Under the pieces are notes generated by a model. That model worked only from the letters and a program-made list of their open reading frames with translations, was not told the origin of the DNA and did not search any database. From Thermoplasmata archaeon (lineage in GTDB: Archaea > Thermoplasmatota > Thermoplasmata > UBA10834), in assembly GCA_020696365.1 (NCBI GenBank), contig JAEHCM010000001.1, positions 18,813 to 82,812 of the forward strand: a DNA stretch of 64,000 nt, in the 5' to 3' direction. Below are positions 37,700 to 45,487 of this stretch, one piece after another. The position numbers and the translations under genes are program-made. Each line of letters starts with the position of its first letter. Position 1 is the stretch's first letter.

Positions 37700-40600
37700 C
37701 TACGAGAGCAGCAGATTCCCAACTGCCAGGTAGGTCATCCCGCCCCGGACTGCATCGGTGTTGTACTCCGCGGCGATGTCCTTCACGACGCAATACCACC
37801 AGGACATGGTGTCGCTGGTGTGCATGTTCAGGTATAGAGCGGCCTGAGAGGTGATTGCCGGGTTGAGCGTGCTGTTGACCACGATCACATCGTCGTAACC
37901 GTCTCCGTTTACGTCCGTTACCGCGAAGAGGCGCGGAGCCGATTTGGACATTAGTGTCCTCACAGGCCCTTCGTCGGCGTTCATGGAGCTGTGCAGGTCG
38001 ATCTTGTCATCTCCCTTGCAGTAGAAAGTCTCGCTTCCATCCGTCCAGCCAGCCAATTCGTCCCAACCCTCAGATGACAGGTAGAAAACCTTCCAGTCCT
38101 CTTCGTCGTCTGCAACGATGATCTCAAGGCCGAGGTCGCTCGGATTCGCGGACAGGTCGCCGTTGATGTTGCCCACGCGAGCACAGATATAGCCTTCCGA
38201 CTGTCCCACGATCGGTTCGCGGTCTTCATAGTCCCCGAAAGTGTTGGTAACCACGGCGACATAATCCAGATACACCGTATCGACTGCCACGCCGCTCGAA
38301 TTTGTCGATATTGAATCGGTCACCCTGAGCCATATCTGTTTGCCGACGACGGTGCTAGGGAGCCGAACCATATGATCCGCGTAATCCACCTCCTCAGGGG
38401 CGATGTATATCAGGGGGATGTAAACGCTGTTGTCCGTCGAATACCAGACATAGAACCCCTCGGTCGCGCCAGCGGCCACCTTCGCGCGCACCGTCAGCTG
38501 CTGATCGGGGTCCGCTGTCAATGGTTCGCTTAGCTGACATGTCCAGTTCAGTTTGCCGCGGCTCTCCGCATCTGTAGCCGTGGAGGAGTTCTCGCTCAGT
38601 ATAAGCGCATCGCCGTCCTCGGCTTGATGGGTATAACTTATATCGGCATTCTCGCTATCGGCCTCGCCCCAGAACGGAATCGCTGTGCCCCCGGTAAGAA
38701 TCCTCACCGTCGGTGTCTCGCTCTCAGAGTAATAGCTCAGCTGCACACCCGGGATAACATCCCCGGAGTTGTCCACCGTGACGATGTCCATCATGCCGTC
38801 ATAGTCCACGTCGGCAATATCGAAGTCGATGATGTTCGCAACACCGTTCGGGATTGTGGCGATCGGTGAAGTCGGGTCCCAATCCTGCAGATCGAACACT
38901 TCCACCTTCCCCTCGCCGAGCACTATGAGATCGGCGCGGCCATCGCCCGTCATATCCTCAAGCGCTATCTTCCTAACGCCGTCGTTGTCCGTACCGTACG
39001 TCTTGAACACGGACCCCGTCGTGCCGTACGTGTTGTTGTAGATGACCACCGTGCGACCTTTGCTGGTGTAGTACGACGTGCTGTAGGCGAAGTCGATGTC
39101 TCCATCCCCATTGATGTCGCCGGTGTCTATCCAGTTGATATCGGCGTCGGTATCATCCCCAGTCGGTCTCTGGATGATCGAAGCGTCCTGCCACGAGCCG
39201 AAAGTGTTCAGGCTGTTCTCGATGAAATAGAGTTTGTGGCTGCCATACTGGCCCATGAGTATGTCCCTGTCCCCGTCGCCATCGATGTCGCCCAATGCGA
39301 GGGCGCTCGTCGCATAACAGTCCGCGGCGCTCGGAGCGTTCGAGTAGTCGTAGAGTGGCCTCAGCGAGAAGAAGTTGTTGTTCACAACCTGATAGAGATA
39401 TTGCGGGTCGACGAAGTTCGAAGTTCCAGTCACGAATCCGGCGCCACCGATGAAGAAGTCGGCTTTCGCTGTGTTGGCTGTCACGTAGACCATCTTGGAG
39501 AGGGAATACACTCCCTCGTTCGCGTCAGCGAACCGTGTGATCTTCAAGATGTATGCGTGGGTGCCGCCAATCCATTGATCGCCGTTGTTGAGGCGCAAGT
39601 CGATCTCGAACTCGTAAGTCTGGTTGTCCGGATCAAGGGAGTTGGATTCCCAGGCGGTGAGCATGCTTCCTGACGGAGGAGTGCCGTCCATCTGCATGTC
39701 TCCACGCATGTCGGTCATTCTGACGGCGTCCACGCTCGGGTCCGGGCTCGAAGCCGCATCCTGAACCTTCACACTGACGAACATCCTGCTGTTGGCCGCG
39801 ACGGAGAGGTCGAAAGGCTTGGTCTTCGTCCCCCATGCCGCATCCACACTTTTCGAATCATCGCGGAACAGCCACAGGTCCGGAGAGAAGGATATCGAGG
39901 AACCGGTCTGGCTGATGGTGATCGTCTGGGTCGTCTGGAACACCGCCATTGGACTGCCTGTGCTCTTAAGACTGATCGCAGTCGAGTAGGCACTTGGAGG
40001 AAGTCCCATGGTGTTGAACTGGCACTCATACATGAACGCTCCACCTGCTGAGCTGATCGCGTAGAAAGGCAACGCCGCACTGCTAGAGCCGTTGTAGGTC
40101 GGCGTGTAGATGAACCCTGTACGAGTATCGATCAGAGCCAGGCTGTTCATCCCGCCTATGTTGTTCAGCCGCAGGCTCGCGACCCTGATGAAGACCTTCT
40201 CATCCTTAACGAATAACGTATTTGCCAGAGTGAGGTTGACTGCGCCCGTGACGGGGTTCGCATGATAGATACCGATCCCCTGGCCGTCGCTCATCCAGGT
40301 GATATAGCTTGGCAAGCCACCCTCGAACGGCGGGTACTCCTCGGAATACCATTCCACGTCAGAGGGAAGGACCGTCACTGACATCACGTAGCTTGATACG
40401 ATCGTATGGCCAGCGTCGTCGGTCGCGTAGAACTTCACGATCTTGCCATCGAAGAGAGTGGTATCGGAGACGTAGCCATCCTCAGATGCGAAATCGAACT
40501 TGAACCACCCGTCTGACGTCATCGAGTTGGCGTACTTTGCGGAGCTGCCACCCTCGTGCCACGGCGCCGTGAGGCGGACTGAGCTCGAATCAAGATCATT

Positions 40601-41179
40601 GTCCAAATCGATGATCTTGGCGAAAAGGGAGAAGTTGCTGTAGCGCAGAACCGGGTCAGCGCTTGGGGTTGTGTCATAGGCATCCGCGTACCGCTGCAAC
40701 ACTATCGGCGCATTACCACCGGTGCCGCCACTCACCTGGCTCACCCACACGGACACGTACTTCGCCAGATCGATGACCGTAACGGTGATCTCGCTAGCGG
40801 GGGACGGGACGGTGAAATTCTTCGTCCAGTCCATGCCCATGTACCAAGTGGTATGGTCGAAGTCGGCATCTTCCGACAGCGCGTAGTACTGAGTGGTCGA
40901 ATCGATATGCAGGAGAATCGCGGTGTCGACGGCCCTCATGCTGACGCCGCCCGCATGCGTGACCGTCAGCGACGCCGTGGTCGTGCCTGATGTCTCAAAG
41001 GATATGGTGGCGGCGAAATCAACCTTCGTCGTCGTCTCGGGCACGGGAATCTGATCAACATACATCACAATCGAGCTGAAAAGTATCACCGTGATCATGA
41101 GGATGAGAATATTACCAATTACCTCCGAAACACCGCCCTTGTCCGACCGCAACCGCATCTTCCACTGTTCGAAGTTCAT
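37700..41179 (-). CDS. Giant (1159 aa) secreted FG-GAP/VCBS-repeat protein with an archaeal type IV pilin-like (class III) signal peptide
   Basis: Start reset to MNFEQWKMRLRSDKGGVSEVIGNILILMITVILFSSIVMYV (DUF1628-like KG|GVSEVIG followed by a hydrophobic helix). Calcium-binding-type repeats GDIDGDGDRDIL, GDINGDGDIDFA, EDMTGDGRADLIV, ADVDYDGMMDIVTV, TDVNGDGYDDVIVV. No C-terminal anchor. Confidence 0.85.
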   Translation of the reverse strand: MNFEQWKMRLRSDKGGVSEVIGNILILMITVILFSSIVMYVDQIPVPETTTKVDFAATISFETSGTTTASLTVTHAGGVSMRAVDTAILLHIDSTTQYYALSEDADFDHTTWYMGMDWTKNFTVPSPASEITVTVIDLAKYVSVWVSQVSGGTGGNAPIVLQRYADAYDTTPSADPVLRYSNFSLFAKIIDLDNDLDSSSVRLTAPWHEGGSSAKYANSMTSDGWFKFDFASEDGYVSDTTLFDGKIVKFYATDDAGHTIVSSYVMSVTVLPSDVEWYSEEYPPFEGGLPSYITWMSDGQGIGIYHANPVTGAVNLTLANTLFVKDEKVFIRVASLRLNNIGGMNSLALIDTRTGFIYTPTYNGSSSAALPFYAISSAGGAFMYECQFNTMGLPPSAYSTAISLKSTGSPMAVFQTTQTITISQTGSSISFSPDLWLFRDDSKSVDAAWGTKTKPFDLSVAANSRMFVSVKVQDAASSPDPSVDAVRMTDMRGDMQMDGTPPSGSMLTAWESNSLDPDNQTYEFEIDLRLNNGDQWIGGTHAYILKITRFADANEGVYSLSKMVYVTANTAKADFFIGGAGFVTGTSNFVDPQYLYQVVNNNFFSLRPLYDYSNAPSAADCYATSALALGDIDGDGDRDILMGQYGSHKLYFIENSLNTFGSWQDASIIQRPTGDDTDADINWIDTGDINGDGDIDFAYSTSYYTSKGRTVVIYNNTYGTTGSVFKTYGTDNDGVRKIALEDMTGDGRADLIVLGEGKVEVFDLQDWDPTSPIATIPNGVANIIDFDIADVDYDGMMDIVTVDNSGDVIPGVQLSYYSESETPTVRILTGGTAIPFWGEADSENADISYTHQAEDGDALILSENSSTATDAESRGKLNWTCQLSEPLTADPDQQLTVRAKVAAGATEGFYVWYSTDNSVYIPLIYIAPEEVDYADHMVRLPSTVVGKQIWLRVTDSISTNSSGVAVDTVYLDYVAVVTNTFGDYEDREPIVGQSEGYICARVGNINGDLSANPSDLGLEIIVADDEEDWKVFYLSSEGWDELAGWTDGSETFYCKGDDKIDLHSSMNADEGPVRTLMSKSAPRLFAVTDVNGDGYDDVIVVNSTLNPAITSQAALYLNMHTSDTMSWWYCVVKDIAAEYNTDAVRGGMTYLAVGNLLLS

Positions 41180-41343
41180 TGAGCAAATCCTCCGGGGGGA
41201 TGGATAACTCCGCCTACTGCATTCCAACGGATACGTGCGTATTTAAACGTGTTGCGGTCATTACCAGCTACCAGCAGAGCGGCCAGCGCACAGGGAAAGC
41301 TTCGTTGATGCATGGACTTGGACGGTGCGCCGAAACAGCACGA

Positions 41344-41351
41344 TTATATAA
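41344..41351 (+). promoter_or_regulatory. Candidate TATA box for the wHTH-NTPase gene (near-leaderless spacing)
   Basis: TTATATAA is centred ~27 nt upstream of the ATG at 41374. Confidence 0.45.
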
Positions 41352-41373
41352 GGACACTAACATTTCTCGAACG

Positions 41374-42501
41374 ATGCTAGGCCAGCTGAGCGTCAACGAG
41401 CGTGTGCTTCTTCATCTGTCGAGGTTCGCCACTGACACGCCTCCAGAGGAATATTCCCCCGAGAGCACGCAGGTCGGAATCGCCGAGGGGGTGGGAATCT
41501 CGCGCACACATGTGCCGCGCGCGGTGAAGACCCTCATCAAGGACGGGTTCATCGAGGAGCTTCGGGGCAGGGTGGCCAACAGAGACAGGCGCATGAGCGT
41601 GTACGCGGTGACGCCGGAGGGTTTCCGAAAGGCGGTGGAGACATGGGAGATTGTGCGCAAGTCCCAGCTCAGCGTCATGAGGGTGGGCGGACTTGTCGAG
41701 ATGGAGGGGATGGCACTTGAGGAGCTGCTCGGGCGTAAACAGGCTATGAGCCTCGTCTCCCGGATGAAGAACGACTTTGTCGAACTACTCGAAAGTCGGC
41801 GGGCCCCGGTCCGGGACCTCCTCAGAGCGCCGTCCCTTGACACGTTCTACGGACGCGAGCAGGAGCTCGGCGCCCTTGACGAGTTTCTCAAGTCTAACAC
41901 TTCCGTCGTCGTCGTATCGGGGAACAGAGGTCACGGCACCACCACCCTCGTCCGCAAGTTCGTGCAGGACCACGAGGAGGCGGACGTCCTATGGATTCCG
42001 GTGAGAGAGCACATCACCCCGCAAGAGATAGAATCATCAATCGTGGATTTCGGAAAGAGGAGCAGACCGGCCGTCGCAGACCTTGATTCGGCGCTATCGA
42101 TGCCCGAGATGATCGTCGTGCTGGACGGATACCACACCGTCAGCGAGGAGGTGGTGGAGTTCTTCGCGGCGCTGGTGAACGCTTCGACCGAGTCGAAGCT
42201 GGTCGTCACCGCCAGAGAGGACAACCCCGCCTACAACTGGTTCTATCAGAAGACGCATGTCGAATCCGGCGCTGTGCGGGAGATAAAGGTCCGCGGACTC
42301 GACGAAGCGAGCGCTAAGAAGCTCTTGGGCAACGCCGACATCGAGGCCGAGGCGTTCCGCAGAGTGTACCTCATGACCAGGGGGCAGCCGCTGCTGCTCA
42401 AGAGGCTCAGGGACGACGATGCAGAAGGCCTGAAGAAGAACTCAGTGTACACCGCAGAGGAGATCAGGTATCTCCTCTTCCTTAAGGACAAAACAGGTTG
42501 A
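41374..42501 (+). CDS. Winged-helix plus STAND/Arch_ATPase-like NTPase with a degenerate P-loop
   Basis: Start reset to MLGQLSV. MarR-like wHTH (QVGIAEGVGISRTHVPRAVKTLIKDGFIEE), FYGREQEL..L..F, P-loop-like VVVSGNRGHGTTTL (no Lys), Walker B-like MIVVLDGYH, GxP motif TRGQPLLL. Confidence 0.75.
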   Translation: MLGQLSVNERVLLHLSRFATDTPPEEYSPESTQVGIAEGVGISRTHVPRAVKTLIKDGFIEELRGRVANRDRRMSVYAVTPEGFRKAVETWEIVRKSQLSVMRVGGLVEMEGMALEELLGRKQAMSLVSRMKNDFVELLESRRAPVRDLLRAPSLDTFYGREQELGALDEFLKSNTSVVVVSGNRGHGTTTLVRKFVQDHEEADVLWIPVREHITPQEIESSIVDFGKRSRPAVADLDSALSMPEMIVVLDGYHTVSEEVVEFFAALVNASTESKLVVTAREDNPAYNWFYQKTHVESGAVREIKVRGLDEASAKKLLGNADIEAEAFRRVYLMTRGQPLLLKRLRDDDAEGLKKNSVYTAEEIRYLLFLKDKTG

Positions 42502-42505
42502 GAGG

Positions 42506-43039
42506 TCACCACTCGATTCCCTTTCTCGCGGGGGCGCCCTCGTCGTATGGATGCTTGACCGTGTCGATGTGCGAGACATAGTCGGCGTACTGGATGAACT
42601 CTTCTGGAGCGTTCCTACCCGTCAGGACGACCTCCATGCCATCCGTACGCTCCTCCAAGAGGTCGATGACGTCCTTCGCCGTGACTAGACCGAAGAACAC
42701 GGCCACGTTGACCTCATCGAGGACGAGCAGGTCGCACTTCCCGCTCGTAGCCTGCTTGCGGGCGTACTCGACCGCCTTCGCGGCGCTCTTTCGATCCTTC
42801 TCAGAGATCGAGCCCGCACCGACGAACTGGCCCGTGCCGAACTGCGCCACGCGCACCTTCTTCAGCTGCTCCGCAGCAATGACCTCACCGGTCGTCTCGC
42901 CCGTCTTCATGAACTGGACGACAGAAACCCTGAGCCCGTGGCCGACGGCCCGCATGGCCAGGCCGAACGCTGCCGTCGTCTTTCCCTTTCCAGGCCCGGT
43001 TATCACATGGACCCGTCCTAGGCCTGCGCCGGCTGCCAT
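42506..43039 (-). CDS. cobO: Cob(I)yrinic acid a,c-diamide / corrinoid adenosyltransferase (CobA/CobO/BtuR type)
   Basis: VITGPGKGKTTAAFGLAMRAVGHGLRVSVVQFMK, LLVLDEV, VLTGRNAP, KHPYDEGAPARKGIEW. Start reset to MAAGAG (43039); the track 5' extension overlaps the DUF835 gene. Confidence 0.85.
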   Translation of the reverse strand: MAAGAGLGRVHVITGPGKGKTTAAFGLAMRAVGHGLRVSVVQFMKTGETTGEVIAAEQLKKVRVAQFGTGQFVGAGSISEKDRKSAAKAVEYARKQATSGKCDLLVLDEVNVAVFFGLVTAKDVIDLLEERTDGMEVVLTGRNAPEEFIQYADYVSHIDTVKHPYDEGAPARKGIEW

Positions 43040-43095
43040 ATGTCGACCTAAGCGGCTAGCTACTAGAAAAACCAGAGCACTCTGCACGTCGAGTC

Positions 43096-43605
43096 TCACC
43101 CGAATCGGACACGCCTCGAATTCTCGTCCGGAAGCGTGAACTCGCGTTCGAGGTACCCCAACTGCTGCGTCTCCAACGTGCGGGGATCTACCGGCACGAG
43201 AAGGAAGGCGCCGTTCATGGCGACCTCCTCGTTCGTCAGTTGGATGGCTTTCATGACGGGGGAGAACCCGTTCTCCGTGATCAAGTACTCCAGCCCATCC
43301 AGGAGGATAACCGCCCCCTTGTTGGCCTTGATGAAGTCGGATATCGTCCCGTGCATCTTCATCAGACGCGTGGGTTCCAGGCTCAGCACCCCACTGGAAG
43401 CCTTGGTGCTCTTCGCGATCCACATCACCGGACAGTCCAACGCGTGTTCCTGCTGTACCCTGCTCGGGTGCGCCCGCGTAATAACGAGCCCCCTTCGACC
43501 CTCTGCCAAGAGCCTTTTGAACGCCTCGAATGCCCTTGGAACCCCCTGGTCCGTGAAGAGGTACGAGCTACCCTCGTTCAGGACGGGGGCCTTGTCATCG
43601 TTCAT
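43096..43605 (-). CDS. DUF835-like protein
   Basis: GSSYLFTD..PRAFEAFKRLLAEGRRGLVITRAHP, VMWIAKS, AVILLDGLEYLITENGFSPVMKAIQ, LLVPVDPRTLETQQLGYLEREF match my recollection of the DUF835 consensus. Confidence 0.7.
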   Translation of the reverse strand: MNDDKAPVLNEGSSYLFTDQGVPRAFEAFKRLLAEGRRGLVITRAHPSRVQQEHALDCPVMWIAKSTKASSGVLSLEPTRLMKMHGTISDFIKANKGAVILLDGLEYLITENGFSPVMKAIQLTNEEVAMNGAFLLVPVDPRTLETQQLGYLEREFTLPDENSRRVRFG

Positions 43606-43613
43606 GCACAGTC

Positions 43614-44288
43614 TTACCTCAAACCGGCCTGTACAGCCAATCCCTCGTCGGTTATGTCTATGAGCTGGCGGCCAGTCGTGTGCTTCGTCCCCCTCATCTT
43701 AAGGACCTCCAGGAACTTCCTCCTGACCTTCTCCTCCTCCGGGTAGGACAGCACTATCACTCCGTCGACCATGTAAGATTCCTGGCTGTGGGAGATGTCA
43801 TCGTACGACATCTCGGATGTGATCAACACGAGGCTGTTGAACGCCTTGAGATACGCGAAGAGTTCGTGCATGAACTCCCGAGTCTCGCCCCGCCATTGCA
43901 GAAGGTCTATCATGGGAGTGATGGGGTCAATCACTATCCGATCGGGCTGGCACTGCTCGATCTTCTTCTTTATTATGTCCAGCATACCGCTCGGATCCTT
44001 GACGATGGTCGGGCCGAGGTCGATGAAGTCGATCATGCCCTTCTCCACCACTTCCTGGTCGTAGAACGAGAATGACGACAGGAACTTCTGCACGAGCCAT
44101 TGCGGCTCCGAGATCGCCGTTATATACAACCCCTTCTCGCACTCCTTCGCGCCGTGGAACAGGCTCTGGACGGCTAGTGTGGTCTTCCCGGTACCGGGCT
44201 CGCCAGCTATGAGAACGGCTGACGGGAACGGGAATCCGTTCTGTAGCATACTGTCGAGACCAGGTATGCCGGTGGTTTTTCGAGGCAT
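43614..44288 (-). CDS. KaiC-like / RecA-superfamily ATPase (single domain)
   Basis: Start reset to MPRKTTGIPGLDSML.GGFP; Walker A GEPGTGKTT; Walker B-like VIDPITP. Confidence 0.85.
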   Translation of the reverse strand: MPRKTTGIPGLDSMLQNGFPFPSAVLIAGEPGTGKTTLAVQSLFHGAKECEKGLYITAISEPQWLVQKFLSSFSFYDQEVVEKGMIDFIDLGPTIVKDPSGMLDIIKKKIEQCQPDRIVIDPITPMIDLLQWRGETREFMHELFAYLKAFNSLVLITSEMSYDDISHSQESYMVDGVIVLSYPEEEKVRRKFLEVLKMRGTKHTTGRQLIDITDEGLAVQAGLR

Positions 44289-44290
44289 CG

Positions 44291-44707
44291 TCAAAGCACC
44301 TCCGTGTCGATCACGAAGACGCAGTGGTCGTCTCCCTTGGACACGCACTTGCGTTCATGGCAGTAAACATCCTTTCCGGTCCTCTCTTCGAACACCTTCG
44401 CCAATATGCCGCGCAACACGTGGCATGTGGGAGCGTCGGAACTCGAGGACTCTATGGACCCGGTCACAGTGACCACGTCTCCGTCGAAGTCTACATCTGT
44501 GGCCCAGCCCTCCCTTATGATCGCATCCTTGACTCTTCCTAGCTCCGTTCCAGCCGTCTTGACGATCCTGTCCGCCATGATCCTGCCACTTCTGTAGAAC
44601 ATGCCGTGAGAGGCGAACGTCATGACTGTTTCGAACAGGTTCTTGACTGTAACAATCTCGTCCTTCCGGAGCTTGACTGCACGTTCTGGTTGCTCCATGT
44701 TGTCCAC
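44291..44707 (-). CDS. V4R-domain (4-vinyl-reductase-like) small-molecule-binding protein
   Basis: GMFYRSGRIMADRI... and the C-terminal Cys pattern CHVLRGILAKVFEERTG..VYCHERKCVSKGDDHCVF. GTG start. Only 2 nt separate it from the KaiC-like start. Confidence 0.8.
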   Translation of the reverse strand: MDNMEQPERAVKLRKDEIVTVKNLFETVMTFASHGMFYRSGRIMADRIVKTAGTELGRVKDAIIREGWATDVDFDGDVVTVTGSIESSSSDAPTCHVLRGILAKVFEERTGKDVYCHERKCVSKGDDHCVFVIDTEVL

Positions 44708-44760
44708 CTACCAACCGGGGTGTCGCCTATCTCCAAGTCGGAACTTATAACTTTTGGTTT

Positions 44761-44961
44761 GGCGGCCAAAGCATCATCTTCGAGGCCGATGAGGTGGAGG
44801 GGGTGGGCCAGTTCGTTGACCTCGAGCTCGTCACAGAAGACCCATCCACGGCCGAACCGCTAGTCGACCTCGCACGAAAGGAGCTGACTCAGACCAAGCA
44901 GACTTCGGAAACCTATCTCGAGATACTCCTCGCGAAACAGGACGGCCTGCGACGAGCGTAG
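44761..44961 (+). pseudogene. Start-less C-terminal fragment of a CYTH / class IV adenylate cyclase-like gene
   Basis: Own translation: GGQSIIFEADEVEGVGQFVDLELVTEDPSTAEPLVDLARKELTQTKQTSETYLEILL... resembles the C-terminal strands of CyaB/CYTH (..DEVEGLG.F.E.E..). The frame opens at a TGA at 44674-44676, and I found no ATG, GTG or TTG start before this segment. Confidence 0.45.
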
Positions 44962-45014
44962 ATACCGTGCTCAGACCCACTGCGGCTGCAGGTTCTTGGG
45001 GACCCGTGACCGAT

Positions 45015-45293
45015 TCAGAGCTTCCCGATTCTCTCGATAACGAAGTCCTTAATGCTAGAATCGTCGGGAATCGTAATCGATTTCTTGTACTTCTCGCTCC
45101 CGTCCGGGAGAAAGTAACCCCGAGACACGGAGATGAACTCGCTGACGCCCTCGTCCGTGATTGCCTTCTTTCTGGCGACCTCAAGGAAGTTGTTCTTTCC
45201 GAAAGGAATCTTCTCGGCGCTCAGTGTCTCAAAGCGCACTTTTGTGCCTTGTTCATCGTCCATCCTTTGACCCCCTACCGACAACCCTGTCAA
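45015..45293 (-). CDS. Hypothetical small protein, possibly a PC4-like ssDNA-binding fold
   Basis: FGKNNFLEVARKKA...EFISVSRGYFLPDGSEKYKKSITIP. The start may be MDDEQG at 45263. The functional call is weak. Confidence 0.55.
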   Translation of the reverse strand: MTGLSVGGQRMDDEQGTKVRFETLSAEKIPFGKNNFLEVARKKAITDEGVSEFISVSRGYFLPDGSEKYKKSITIPDDSSIKDFVIERIGKL

Positions 45294-45487
45294 TAATCCT
45301 TGTGCGATATAAATGTTCGTGGAACGTCGGAGTCTACGGCGTCCAGTGGTTCACGGTGTTTATTGGCGAACCGTGGTTCCGTGACCCACGTGCGGATGGG
45401 AGGTTCCCCGGCGGTCCTACACAGAATATCTGACGCGCCGATGGAGGTAGATATCGTAATATACGCAGTAACCTGTAGTCTCTGGCT

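Noticed and set aside
43040-43423. The 128-aa N-terminal extension of the cobO ORF. Similar 5' extensions occur on rocD (9942-10082) and on the KaiC-like, endA, polD and MFS genes.
   Set aside because: The extensions are Arg/Gly/His-rich and overlap neighbouring genes. The conserved N-termini begin at internal Met codons.
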